A DNA stretch of 28,605 nucleotides, from positions 1 to 28,605 of the forward strand of contig SXQV01000201.1 of the NCBI GenBank assembly GCA_005792805.1, written 5' to 3'. A program made the translations under genes and the position numbers. Position 1 is the stretch's first letter. Every line of letters begins with the position of its first letter. The notes beneath the pieces are model-generated. The model had not been told where the DNA came from. It worked only from the letters and a program-made list of their open reading frames with translations, and made no database searches. The stretch comes from Methylococcaceae bacterium (GTDB lineage: Bacteria > Pseudomonadota > Gammaproteobacteria > Methylococcales > Methylococcaceae). This document shows, piece after piece, positions 20,601 through 27,524 of this stretch.

Positions 20601-20769
20601 CCCGCTGCTCAAAGCGGAAGGGGCTGGAGCCGCCAGCCAGCAGGCCATTGGAACCGTGGTGTTCGGCGGCATGCTGGCTTCAACCTTGTTGGCGATTCCT
20701 TTCGTCCCGGTTTTTTATGTAATCACTCAGCGATGGAGTGAACGGCGGCGGTCAACTCGGCACCCATAA
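17638..20769 (+). CDS. RND efflux permease, HAE1 (AcrB/MexB) family
   Basis: MISKFFIERPIFANV; QYPNIVPPTIQV; proton-relay motifs IVVDDAIVIVEN, ASKNAILVVEFA and RFRPIVMTS; 1043 aa; ATGA overlap with the MFP gene. Confidence 0.96.
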   Translation: MISKFFIERPIFANVIAIVTIILGLVSLLNLPIAQYPNIVPPTIQVVTRYPGASAEIIAKTVGIPIEQGVNGVENSLYMSSTSGSDGTYMLTITFQVGTDLNAALSLVQNLVNGQLAQLPDVVQKQGINIRKVSTNILQAVSLYAEDDRYDETFLSNYALINLQYPLGRIPGVGQVKVLGAGSYSMRIWLNPERLKYFGLTTVDVADAVRQQNTQVVAGQLGGPPVPDDQSFQLTVNALGRLDDVDEFENIIIKTVPPKAGQAAQIIRIKDIARVELSQQSYSNFAGLSGHKAAQILVYALPGANAIDVAKQVRKEVETRSHDFPEGLTYAIRYDTTDFIQQSIDAVYETLYEAGFLVLAVVMIFLQNWRATLVPATTVPVTIIGAFAAMAMLGFSINLMTLFALILAIGIVVDDAIVIVENASHHIERGLTPKDAAIKAMSQMTGPVIGITLVLSAVFLPAAFLPGITGQLFRQFALVIAATAIISAINALTLKPAQCALYLKPRPADYRPNVFYRGFNRVYGRIEAGYTSLVRWMVERTFPMTLVFVTIIVAGGWLFAHHQTGFLPIEDQGYAIVVGKLPEGASQPRVRATVKQVEAVLKETPGIAYWVTIGGFSMLDAANLANAFSLFAIYEPWDKRGAGLDQKSILGDLKRRLEGIQEARVMAVTPPPIAGLGQAGGLQMMVEDRRSLGLPELQQTVLELQRVGATQSGLAFLGTTFSAQSPQLFLDIDRIKAQTLSVPMDNVFGTLQAFLGSSYVNLFTKFDQSFQVYVQADAPFRQKMDDIKNLNVRNSKSDMVPLGALMNVERRVGSELVTRYNLYPAASVFGAPAPGFSGGDAIHLMEEIAHNVLPQGLSIDWTATAYQQKLLGNTAYYVYGLSLLLVFLVLAAQYESWLSPMAVIMVVPMALVGVILAQIARHFDNNLYTQVGLVLMIALASKNAILVVEFARELREEGMSITEAAIEATRQRFRPIVMTSFAFILGVIPLLKAEGAGAASQQAIGTVVFGGMLASTLLAIPFVPVFYVITQRWSERRRSTRHP

Positions 20770-21585
20770 TCAAGGGGTGATGGTTTGGGAGGCGGAATAG
20801 TTGTTGCCGAGGTTGTCTTTGATTTCCGATTTCAATTCCCCGGCTTTGCTGGGTACAAAGTAGAAACGGAAGTTCGGGTCGGCGCTGATGGCGATGTCGG
20901 TCTTGGCGGTCAGTACGGGTTTGCCCTCAAACGTGACCTTGACCTCGGTGACATAGTGAGCCGGCAGCACTATGCGGCTAATCTGATCCATCTGCATGCC
21001 GGTAATATTGGGGTGGCTAATGAGTAACTGGACCGGGTTGGGCTGGTTCAGGCTCGCCTTGTCTCCATCCAGCTTGAATTTCATCTTGCCCATTCTCGCC
21101 CTGGCCGCTTCGAGGTCGGTGCCGACAGGCGCGGAGCAGCCGCCGCTCGCTTTCACAAATGCTTTCGCCATATGCAGCCTGCCGTCGCTGGTTTCGGCAA
21201 TGGCTCGGACATAAGTGTAGGCATTGAAGCGCATGCGGGTGGCGATCTCGGCCTTGCCACTCTCCGGAGTGAAGTCGAAAGATGCCGAAAAAGGAACCGG
21301 GTTGTTGTCGATGACGACGGTAATGTTCTTGATGTAATGCTCTGCTGTCTGCGGGAATCGGCTGGTGATCTGTAGGGGGACCAGTCCAGGATCTTCCGCC
21401 CGGTAGGGTGCCGTGATTTCGATGGTCTGCTGGTCTTCCTCGATGGTCCGTCCGGCAAACAGTTTTTCCTTGAGCGTGCTGTTCCAGGCCGTCTCGTCCT
21501 CTCCCTCGGCTCGAAGGGCCGGCGAAGCCAGTAGTAATCCGGCGATGGATATTAAGACCCAGGATGCTTTGGTTATGTGGTTCAT
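20770..21585 (-). CDS. Quinoprotein dehydrogenase-associated fused SoxYZ-like carrier protein
   Basis: Signal peptide (ending ...SPALRA); SoxY-like half (APYRAEDPGLVP...IDNNPVP...TRMRFNAYTYVRAIAE) ending in ASGGCSAP; SoxZ-like half (LISHPNITGMQMDQ...ISADPNFRF). ATG at 21585 has an AAGGA RBS; the track start at 21669 is rejected. Confidence 0.88.
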   Translation of the reverse strand: MNHITKASWVLISIAGLLLASPALRAEGEDETAWNSTLKEKLFAGRTIEEDQQTIEITAPYRAEDPGLVPLQITSRFPQTAEHYIKNITVVIDNNPVPFSASFDFTPESGKAEIATRMRFNAYTYVRAIAETSDGRLHMAKAFVKASGGCSAPVGTDLEAARARMGKMKFKLDGDKASLNQPNPVQLLISHPNITGMQMDQISRIVLPAHYVTEVKVTFEGKPVLTAKTDIAISADPNFRFYFVPSKAGELKSEIKDNLGNNYSASQTITP

Positions 21586-21640
21586 GCTGAAGTTCCTTGT
21601 GAAGTAAGAGGATGGTTGCCGTCGGATAGCGGCGGGAGGC

Positions 21641-22576
21641 TTAATCGTCTTCCCATTCCAGTTCGGCAAACGCGGTTGCTATGTTGCGTTTGTGGAAGTC
21701 GTCAAACAGCCGCCAGTCAGGCCGTGTCGATTGGCCGATCTCTTCCATGGCCTGCTCGATGGTTTTGCCGGATTGGATGGCGGAGCGTATCTCGGTTTGC
21801 AGCTGTTTCAGGTAGTTCTCCTCGCCAGTGAGGGCGAGCGGCCAGGCGGCAACCACCGGTCCATGACCAGGTATCACGCGATCGGCCTGAACCGATCGCA
21901 GTTTGCCGATTTCCTGGAGCCAGCCATTCAGGCTGCCATCTACTACTGGAATATGCCCCATGAACAGCAGGTCGCCAAGCCACAAGGTGCCCGTTTGGGT
22001 GTCCAGAATGCTCAGGTCATTATCGGTGTGTGCCGTGGGGTGGGCGGTCAGTCGCAATGTTCTCCCGCCGAGGTCCAGGTCAAGTGTGTCTTTGACGGGT
22101 TGATCGGGTGGCACGAAATGTTCGGCGGACAGGGTGAATCCCAGTTCGCTACGGGCCTTTTCCCGGTAAAACGGTGCCCGTAGCGCCATAGCCTGCCCTA
22201 GTTTGTGATGGCCGATGAAACTGACTCCTGCGGCCTTGAATGCGAGGTTGCCATAGATGTGATCGGGGTGGACGTGCGTATTGATGACATAGCAAATCGG
22301 GGTATGGGTTACCGCCCCAATCTGGTGTTTTAGGGCTAACCCCTGTTCCGGGCTTCCCCCACTGTCTATGACGGCCACACAACGCTCGCCGACGATGAAT
22401 CCGATATTGGCGATCTCGCCCCGGTTGTGCTCGTCGGGCAATTGGTGGACGCCCTGATGGACATAGACGCCGGGCGCCACTTCTTGAATGCTGATTGTTT
22501 CCGCGTGGCTGGCTATGGCCAGGCATAGCAGGAGAGCGGAGGCCGTGAGCCGCAGTCGGGGTTGATTCGGTTTCAT
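21641..22576 (-). CDS. Quinoprotein relay system zinc metallohydrolase (MBL fold)
   Basis: Signal peptide (ending ...IASHA); IANIGFIVGERCVAVIDSGGS; HVHPDH (HxHxDH); HPTAHTDND; GDLLF; VIPGHG. Adjacent to the SoxYZ-like gene and near a PQQ dehydrogenase. Confidence 0.88.
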   Translation of the reverse strand: MKPNQPRLRLTASALLLCLAIASHAETISIQEVAPGVYVHQGVHQLPDEHNRGEIANIGFIVGERCVAVIDSGGSPEQGLALKHQIGAVTHTPICYVINTHVHPDHIYGNLAFKAAGVSFIGHHKLGQAMALRAPFYREKARSELGFTLSAEHFVPPDQPVKDTLDLDLGGRTLRLTAHPTAHTDNDLSILDTQTGTLWLGDLLFMGHIPVVDGSLNGWLQEIGKLRSVQADRVIPGHGPVVAAWPLALTGEENYLKQLQTEIRSAIQSGKTIEQAMEEIGQSTRPDWRLFDDFHKRNIATAFAELEWEDD

Positions 22577-22603
22577 GGAGGGACTTAGCCTGATTGAGCG
22601 AGC

Positions 22604-24292
22604 TTATCCTTTCGGTTGGCGAAGGATGCTTTTCGGCACCTTGCAGGTCACGGCATAGGGGCCGTTGTAGGTCGAGCGCTCGTCCCAGTAACCAAGTAGC
22701 GAGGGGCGCCCGATTCGGCAGTCCAGAACGAAGGTGGCCAGCGCGTAGGCTTTGCCCAGCGGGATGCCCAGCACATCGCGCATCTTGTTGATTGCCTCCC
22801 AGGCTGCCGTTTTCATGGCGTACATCAGGTCGGTCTGACTCCAAGCATAAGACACCCAGTACCTGGCCGTGTCTTGTTTCGGTATATCCATTGCCCTGGG
22901 TGCCTGTGTGCTCTTGGGCGTCATGCAGTAGGTGCCCAGCACCTCGTCTACGACTTCAGAAATCGGGCAATCCCAGTATTTCAGCATGAGCCGGGTGGCT
23001 TCGGGCGCAGATACACGGCGTTTTTGTTCGAGGAAGCGGACGGTTTCCTGCATCAGGTTGGTCATGGCCTGGTTCAGGTTCATGTCATACCCGACCGTAA
23101 TCCAGTTTCGTTTGGTTTCGATGATAGGCCACACACCAAATTCAGGATGATCCTGGCGGTGTAGCACGTCGATCGTTACATTGAGTTCCGGATAAGCTGT
23201 TTCCAGCGCATCCAGATCGATTTCGCCGTTGCCTTGGGCGGCATGGGAGTCGCCGGTCCAGATTAGCGCACCTGCCTTGAACACCGGCAAGTAAGTGGTT
23301 GAGCCGACCGTCATTTCAGGAATATCCAGGTTACCACCCCATTGGCCAGGTTGTTTGGTATCGCAACCTTTCATGCTGAGCAAAAAGCCAGGAATCGGCA
23401 CGCACCAACCCGATTTTGGGGGTGGCTCGCTAGAGAAATCAGGTGAACCGGTCTGGCTGGCGTTTGGAAGGTAGAACGGCAGCAAAATGTCCTCTTCCGA
23501 TCGTGCCACTGCCAGTACGCCAGGGAAGGGCTTCAATGGGACGAAGATATTTGGGGCGAACTGCATTTCCATCTTTTCGTTATCAAGATAGTAGGTGTCG
23601 ATGAAATGTGTTCGGGGGTTGGGATAGACCGGCGGATTAAGCTCCTGGCCATATTCGGGGAACAGTCCGGCAGAATCTGCGCTGTTATTGGTGGCGTAGC
23701 TGCGCATGCGGATTTTGTTGATGTGTACGGCGACAAAGTCGACTGGCTGGTTAAACGCATCTGGGCCACTGGCTCCGTTGACATAGATCGATCCCGTCAT
23801 CGTATGTGGACCACGACCTATGATGGCATTGTTGATGTATTCCAGCTGGTCAATAGAAATGCCGGGCACAACCTGCCCCCCGCCGGCAACCTCCGTTTCA
23901 ATCGCGACCGTGTCCCCTGGGTTGATGGTTAGTGCGGGCGGCTTGCTCGCATCAAAGTATCCCCACGTTGTCGTCGCCGGCGATACCGGCAAAATCCAGA
24001 AACGCTTCAGGCCTGATGCCTTTATCTCAACCTCCATATTGGATTGGAGGAGAGGCCCGGCGAAGTGTATATCGGGATAACGAATGGGCGCCGGTTGCCT
24101 GTAACACGGTGGCTTCCCCGGTGCTTGCGGTTCATTTGGGTTGTAGTTCCCGCATTCTGGATAGGGCGCGTACAGGGGGAGACCATCATTCGCAATGGTG
24201 TCTTCGGCATGCAGTCCAGCCGAAAACGACCCTAACGAAGCAAGGGTGATGCATGCCAGCATCAATCGAGGCTGGATTTCCGGCTTGTTCAT
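22604..24292 (-). CDS. Exported acetamidase/formamidase (FmdA_AmdA) family amidohydrolase with duplicated C-terminal subdomain
   Basis: Signal peptide (ending ...SAGLHA); TTWGYFD...PALTINPGDTVAIET; GPHTMTGSIYV; PFPGVLAV; GGNLD; LIWTGDSHAAQGNGE...ALET. The C-terminal A-M-x-x-A...DC-x-I...P-K-S unit occurs twice. Confidence 0.85.
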   Translation of the reverse strand: MNKPEIQPRLMLACITLASLGSFSAGLHAEDTIANDGLPLYAPYPECGNYNPNEPQAPGKPPCYRQPAPIRYPDIHFAGPLLQSNMEVEIKASGLKRFWILPVSPATTTWGYFDASKPPALTINPGDTVAIETEVAGGGQVVPGISIDQLEYINNAIIGRGPHTMTGSIYVNGASGPDAFNQPVDFVAVHINKIRMRSYATNNSADSAGLFPEYGQELNPPVYPNPRTHFIDTYYLDNEKMEMQFAPNIFVPLKPFPGVLAVARSEEDILLPFYLPNASQTGSPDFSSEPPPKSGWCVPIPGFLLSMKGCDTKQPGQWGGNLDIPEMTVGSTTYLPVFKAGALIWTGDSHAAQGNGEIDLDALETAYPELNVTIDVLHRQDHPEFGVWPIIETKRNWITVGYDMNLNQAMTNLMQETVRFLEQKRRVSAPEATRLMLKYWDCPISEVVDEVLGTYCMTPKSTQAPRAMDIPKQDTARYWVSYAWSQTDLMYAMKTAAWEAINKMRDVLGIPLGKAYALATFVLDCRIGRPSLLGYWDERSTYNGPYAVTCKVPKSILRQPKG

Positions 24293-24336
24293 GGTGCGGG
24301 CCTGCTTTGAAGTGAGGTGGTCAGGGTTAATTGGTG

Positions 24337-24441
24337 TCTTTCGTCGCTGACGCTTGGCTCAGTGACAAAGAGCGGAGTCTTTCCTGTCAGGGGATCAGCA
24401 CTTGTCACGTGAGTGCAGAGTCCCGCTGGCGGGGCTTTTTT
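24337..24441 (+). ncRNA. Candidate structured RNA (riboswitch/attenuator leader of the LPMO gene, or sRNA)
   Basis: Four consecutive hairpins by hand pairing: 24337-24371, 24380-24394, 24398-24416 and 24419-24436, followed by a U6 tract. Every non-WC pair is G.U on the + strand and would be an A/C mismatch on the - strand. Confidence 0.5.
24419..24441 (+). terminator. Intrinsic terminator with no gene ending upstream on this strand
   Basis: AGTCCCG-CTGG-CGGGGCT stem-loop followed by TTTTTT (24436-24441). It lies between divergent genes, 157 nt before the LPMO ATG. Confidence 0.75.
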
Positions 24442-24598
24442 ACGCGCATCGTGAGAGCTGGTCAAACCAGGGTCTGGACCAACATCTGTCTTATCAAAAC
24501 TGAATTGGATAATCTGGCTTCGTCCGTCTAGCATCTCTGGCGCTTGATGCTGGGAGTGCCTAATCCGGGTATTCAACATCAAAACTACTGGAGGCATT

Positions 24599-26368
24599 AT
24601 GAAAATCACTGCGCCGTTTACGCTAGGGCAGTCTGTTCGAAAATGTCGGGGTTATGCCACGACCTATCCAAAGATATTTCATCAAGTCCTATTGCTGGGC
24701 GTCCTCTCTCTCTTCGGCCTGCTTGATCCCCCTCTGTGGGCGCATGGCCTGATTCAGGATCCGCCGGCCCGTAACTGGTTCTGCGGGGCGTTGACCAAGC
24801 CTGACCAAGTCGTTAACGGGACAGCGGTCTACCCGGTCTGTGGTAACGCCTTCAATGCGCCGGGCATGGATGCAAATGCCGGCTACAACTTCATGAGCGT
24901 GCTCACGCATACCCAAGGTTATGGGAGTCTAGGTGCACGGGCCAACGTTTGTGGCTATAACTCAGAAACCTGGAAAGGCGGCCCGACGGTCTGGGATCAG
25001 CCCATAGATTGGCCGACCAATCGGATGGCCTCGGGGCCAAAAACGTTCACCTGGAATATTGCCTGGGGTCCACATTTTTCGGACACACAGGAATTTCGTT
25101 ACTGGATTACCAAGCCCGGCTTCATCTATCAGGTCGGCAAGCCCCTGTCTTTCGCCGACTTTGAGTCTCAGCCGTTCTGTGCGCTGACCTACAGCGATGC
25201 CACTCCAGCGGCTAACCCAGCAGTCATCCCGGATCCTGCCAATGCTACGTTTAAAACGCGCTGCACACTACCGGACCGCAGCGGTAGACATGTGATTTAT
25301 GCCGAGTGGGGACGTAATTACTACACTTACGAACGCTTCCACAGTTGTGTGGATGCGCTCTTCGATGGCGTCTCCCCAGCATCTCCTGTGAATGCCCTGA
25401 TCTCCACCATCCCCACCGTGGCTGAGCTTGTCGGTAATGGCAGCATGCGTCTTGATGCTGGTCAGTCCTTGGGTAACGGGCTGCGTTATCAGTGGTCGAT
25501 CGAATCACCACAGTCGGCGGTTTACCGCTTGGACCATGCCAGCGAGGTGGTTGCCACACTGCATTATGCTGACCCCCCAGCGGCGGGCAGCGTCAAGCTC
25601 AGGCTTACCGTCACTGACGGTGTTACTACGGCTAGCGACATTCTGACGTTGACGCACAAGCCAGCTGGCGGTTCTGCTTGGTCGGATCTTGGACTGTTGT
25701 CGGCGCTGGCACAGCCCCTGAACGTGGGTGATGCGCTTGCCTTGCGGACAGTCACCCAATCGGGGCTTGATACGCTCTGGCCTACACAGCCAGTGACTGT
25801 CCGGTCTGTCGGCGATTGGCCACTGCAACTGGCGCAGGCTATCAACAGCCAGAATGGCCCCGTGCGTATTGGTGTACTGAATCTCCAGGGAGAGATATTG
25901 CCCGGTGAGGACGTGGCCGCCAGCCGGGTGTACGCCACAAGCGGTACTGGAATCGTCAGTGCCTTTCTTAAAGTAATCCCGGCTTCCAGTCCGGTTCCAG
26001 GTGCCAATGTCAGTTCGGTCATTGCCAGTGCGAGCCCCTGGTATCACGAGGCGCAGATCCGGATTAGCCATGCGCAGCCCATTACCGCACTGAGTGTGAA
26101 AATTACCCTGAAAAAGACCGCCGGTTGGAGTTTGAATGGCCTGTACAATACGGTAGGTGGTCAGATTAGGCAGACCAAAGCCAGCACCGCTTCGGCGCTG
26201 GTTTATCAGTTTGACCTGTTGCCCGCGCAGACACTGAATCCGGGGCAGGCTCGCATATTCGCCGCACAGGCGAATGGCAGTGGTAAGGTTCGCCCCGTTG
26301 CGGGGGATGACTACAGCGTTACCTACACCATGGGTGGCGTTACCCGCACAATTCGGGGGCGTTTCTGA
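24599..26368 (+). CDS. Multidomain AA10 lytic polysaccharide monooxygenase (signal peptide, LPMO10, PKD/Ig-like, GbpA_2-like, unassigned C-terminal module)
   Basis: GGAGG RBS. Long signal ending PLWA, then mature N-terminal His (aa 49; HGLIQDPPARNWFCG); second His in AWGPHF (aa 159); FRYWITKP; HVIYAEWGR; axial Phe in ERFHSCVD (aa 247). Then LDAGQSLG...YQWS...LTVTDG (PKD-like) and LNVGD...WPLQLAQAIN...IGVL...GEILP (GbpA_2-like). Confidence 0.88.
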   Translation: MKITAPFTLGQSVRKCRGYATTYPKIFHQVLLLGVLSLFGLLDPPLWAHGLIQDPPARNWFCGALTKPDQVVNGTAVYPVCGNAFNAPGMDANAGYNFMSVLTHTQGYGSLGARANVCGYNSETWKGGPTVWDQPIDWPTNRMASGPKTFTWNIAWGPHFSDTQEFRYWITKPGFIYQVGKPLSFADFESQPFCALTYSDATPAANPAVIPDPANATFKTRCTLPDRSGRHVIYAEWGRNYYTYERFHSCVDALFDGVSPASPVNALISTIPTVAELVGNGSMRLDAGQSLGNGLRYQWSIESPQSAVYRLDHASEVVATLHYADPPAAGSVKLRLTVTDGVTTASDILTLTHKPAGGSAWSDLGLLSALAQPLNVGDALALRTVTQSGLDTLWPTQPVTVRSVGDWPLQLAQAINSQNGPVRIGVLNLQGEILPGEDVAASRVYATSGTGIVSAFLKVIPASSPVPGANVSSVIASASPWYHEAQIRISHAQPITALSVKITLKKTAGWSLNGLYNTVGGQIRQTKASTASALVYQFDLLPAQTLNPGQARIFAAQANGSGKVRPVAGDDYSVTYTMGGVTRTIRGRF

Positions 26369-26448
26369 TCTAGTGCTGTGCTTGGCCCGGCAACGTGGTG
26401 TCTGTTGCCGGGCCAAGTGAGCCGCGATATTGGCACGATAGGAGCCCT

Positions 26449-27360
26449 ATGATTAACCTGCGCAGCATTGATCTGAATCTGCTTACGGTATTCGAGGTGG
26501 TCTACGAGGAGCGGAGTCAGGTGCGCGCCTCCGAACGCCTGTGTATGACGCAGCCTGCGGTTAGCCATGCGCTGGGGCGGTTGCGTTATATCGCGAATGA
26601 CCGGTTGTTTGAGGGGCGAACCAAAGGATTGATTGCGACAGCCAGGGCGGATGAGTTGTATGTCGAGATCCATGAGGCGCTTAACAGAATCCGGCATCAG
26701 TTTTCCGAGTCGTCGGTATTTGATCCCCTTACCACGTATCGAACTTTCTCGTTGTCCGTTTCATTCAGTGGTGGGGGAATATTTGCACCCCGGCTGTATG
26801 AGTGCTTTCAGGCGCAGGCGCCGAATGCCCAGCTAATCTTCCGTACCATTGATCCCTCATCGCAAATTCCTAATCTGCTCCGGGAACATCAGCTCGATCT
26901 CGCCTTGCATAACGACTGTTTCGATGATCCCCAACTAGAGCAGATGGTCCTCATCGAGGATGGTCTGGTGATCATGGCCAGGGCGGATCATCCGCGTATC
27001 CGTAAGGCACCTACACAGAAAGACTGTCTGGGTGAGAAGTTTGTGGCAGCCTATAAGCTGCTGCAAAGCTCCCGCGATGTCGCCTTGAATACTTTCATGG
27101 CCGAGGTGAGGGAGCGAACGGTCATGGAGGTCGCTAATACGCTGGTCGTGGCCAATACAGTTCGGCAGACCGATTTGCTGGCCATCACCAATCGCCAGAT
27201 GGCCTTGGTCTGCCGCCAGATGCTTGATATCGAATTTTATCCGCTACCCGTTGCTCAGCCCGCATTCAGGCTTTATCTGATTTGGCACAAGGCTTATAGC
27301 GACGACCCCGGCCACTCTTGGCTGCGGGAGCAAATGAAACGCCTGGTAGATGAGGGATAG
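26449..27360 (+). CDS. LysR-family transcriptional regulator (NodD/LeuO-like subgroup)
   Basis: MINLRSIDLNLLTVFEVVYEERSQVRASERLCMTQPAVSHALGRLR...DRLF; C-terminal LIWHK...DPGHSWLR; GGAG RBS before ATG 26449; 303 aa. Confidence 0.95.
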   Translation: MINLRSIDLNLLTVFEVVYEERSQVRASERLCMTQPAVSHALGRLRYIANDRLFEGRTKGLIATARADELYVEIHEALNRIRHQFSESSVFDPLTTYRTFSLSVSFSGGGIFAPRLYECFQAQAPNAQLIFRTIDPSSQIPNLLREHQLDLALHNDCFDDPQLEQMVLIEDGLVIMARADHPRIRKAPTQKDCLGEKFVAAYKLLQSSRDVALNTFMAEVRERTVMEVANTLVVANTVRQTDLLAITNRQMALVCRQMLDIEFYPLPVAQPAFRLYLIWHKAYSDDPGHSWLREQMKRLVDEG

Positions 27361-27494
27361 CCGCTCATTAGCCGCGTTTAACTGGATGTATTGCCAGCTG
27401 GCGTCGGAGTGATCTTCATGATGCACTGTCTGTGGGGCGCTTGGACGGATCATTGCGGGCTTACTTGGCGGGGCAGGATTGTGGTCGTTGACTT

Positions 27495-27513
27495 TTGAAG
27501 TGAAATCCTTCAA
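27495..27513. promoter_or_regulatory. Inverted repeat, putative operator upstream of xoxF
   Basis: TTGAAG-N7-CTTCAA, immediately after a TTGACT hexamer (27488-27493). Confidence 0.35.
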
Positions 27514-27524
27514 GTTACGCTCCC

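Noticed and set aside
23200-23260. QGNGE instead of QGDGE in the amidase as a sign of inactivation
   Set aside because: From memory this Asn variant is common in the family, and the other metal-site motifs (GGNLD, GDSH, ET) are intact.
24330-24450. Assignment of the structured element to a known class (c-di-GMP-I, ZTP, SAM-I, guanidine, hammerhead)
   Set aside because: Core signatures are missing: no GGCAAA...GAAA...GGGACGCAAAGC (c-di-GMP-I), no GACUGGCG/CGCCUGGG (ZTP), only a short AAGAG-CGGAG resemblance to SAM-I, and no CUGANGA hammerhead core on either strand.
24331-24531. 66-aa ORF in the amidase-LPMO gap
   Set aside because: GTG start with no convincing RBS, no motifs, and it runs through an intrinsic terminator.
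24306-27503. Shared 10-mer TTTGAAGTGA at 24306-24315 and 27494-27503
   Set aside because: One shared 10-mer between two ~300-nt regions is plausible by chance, and the inverted-repeat half is present only at the xoxF copy.
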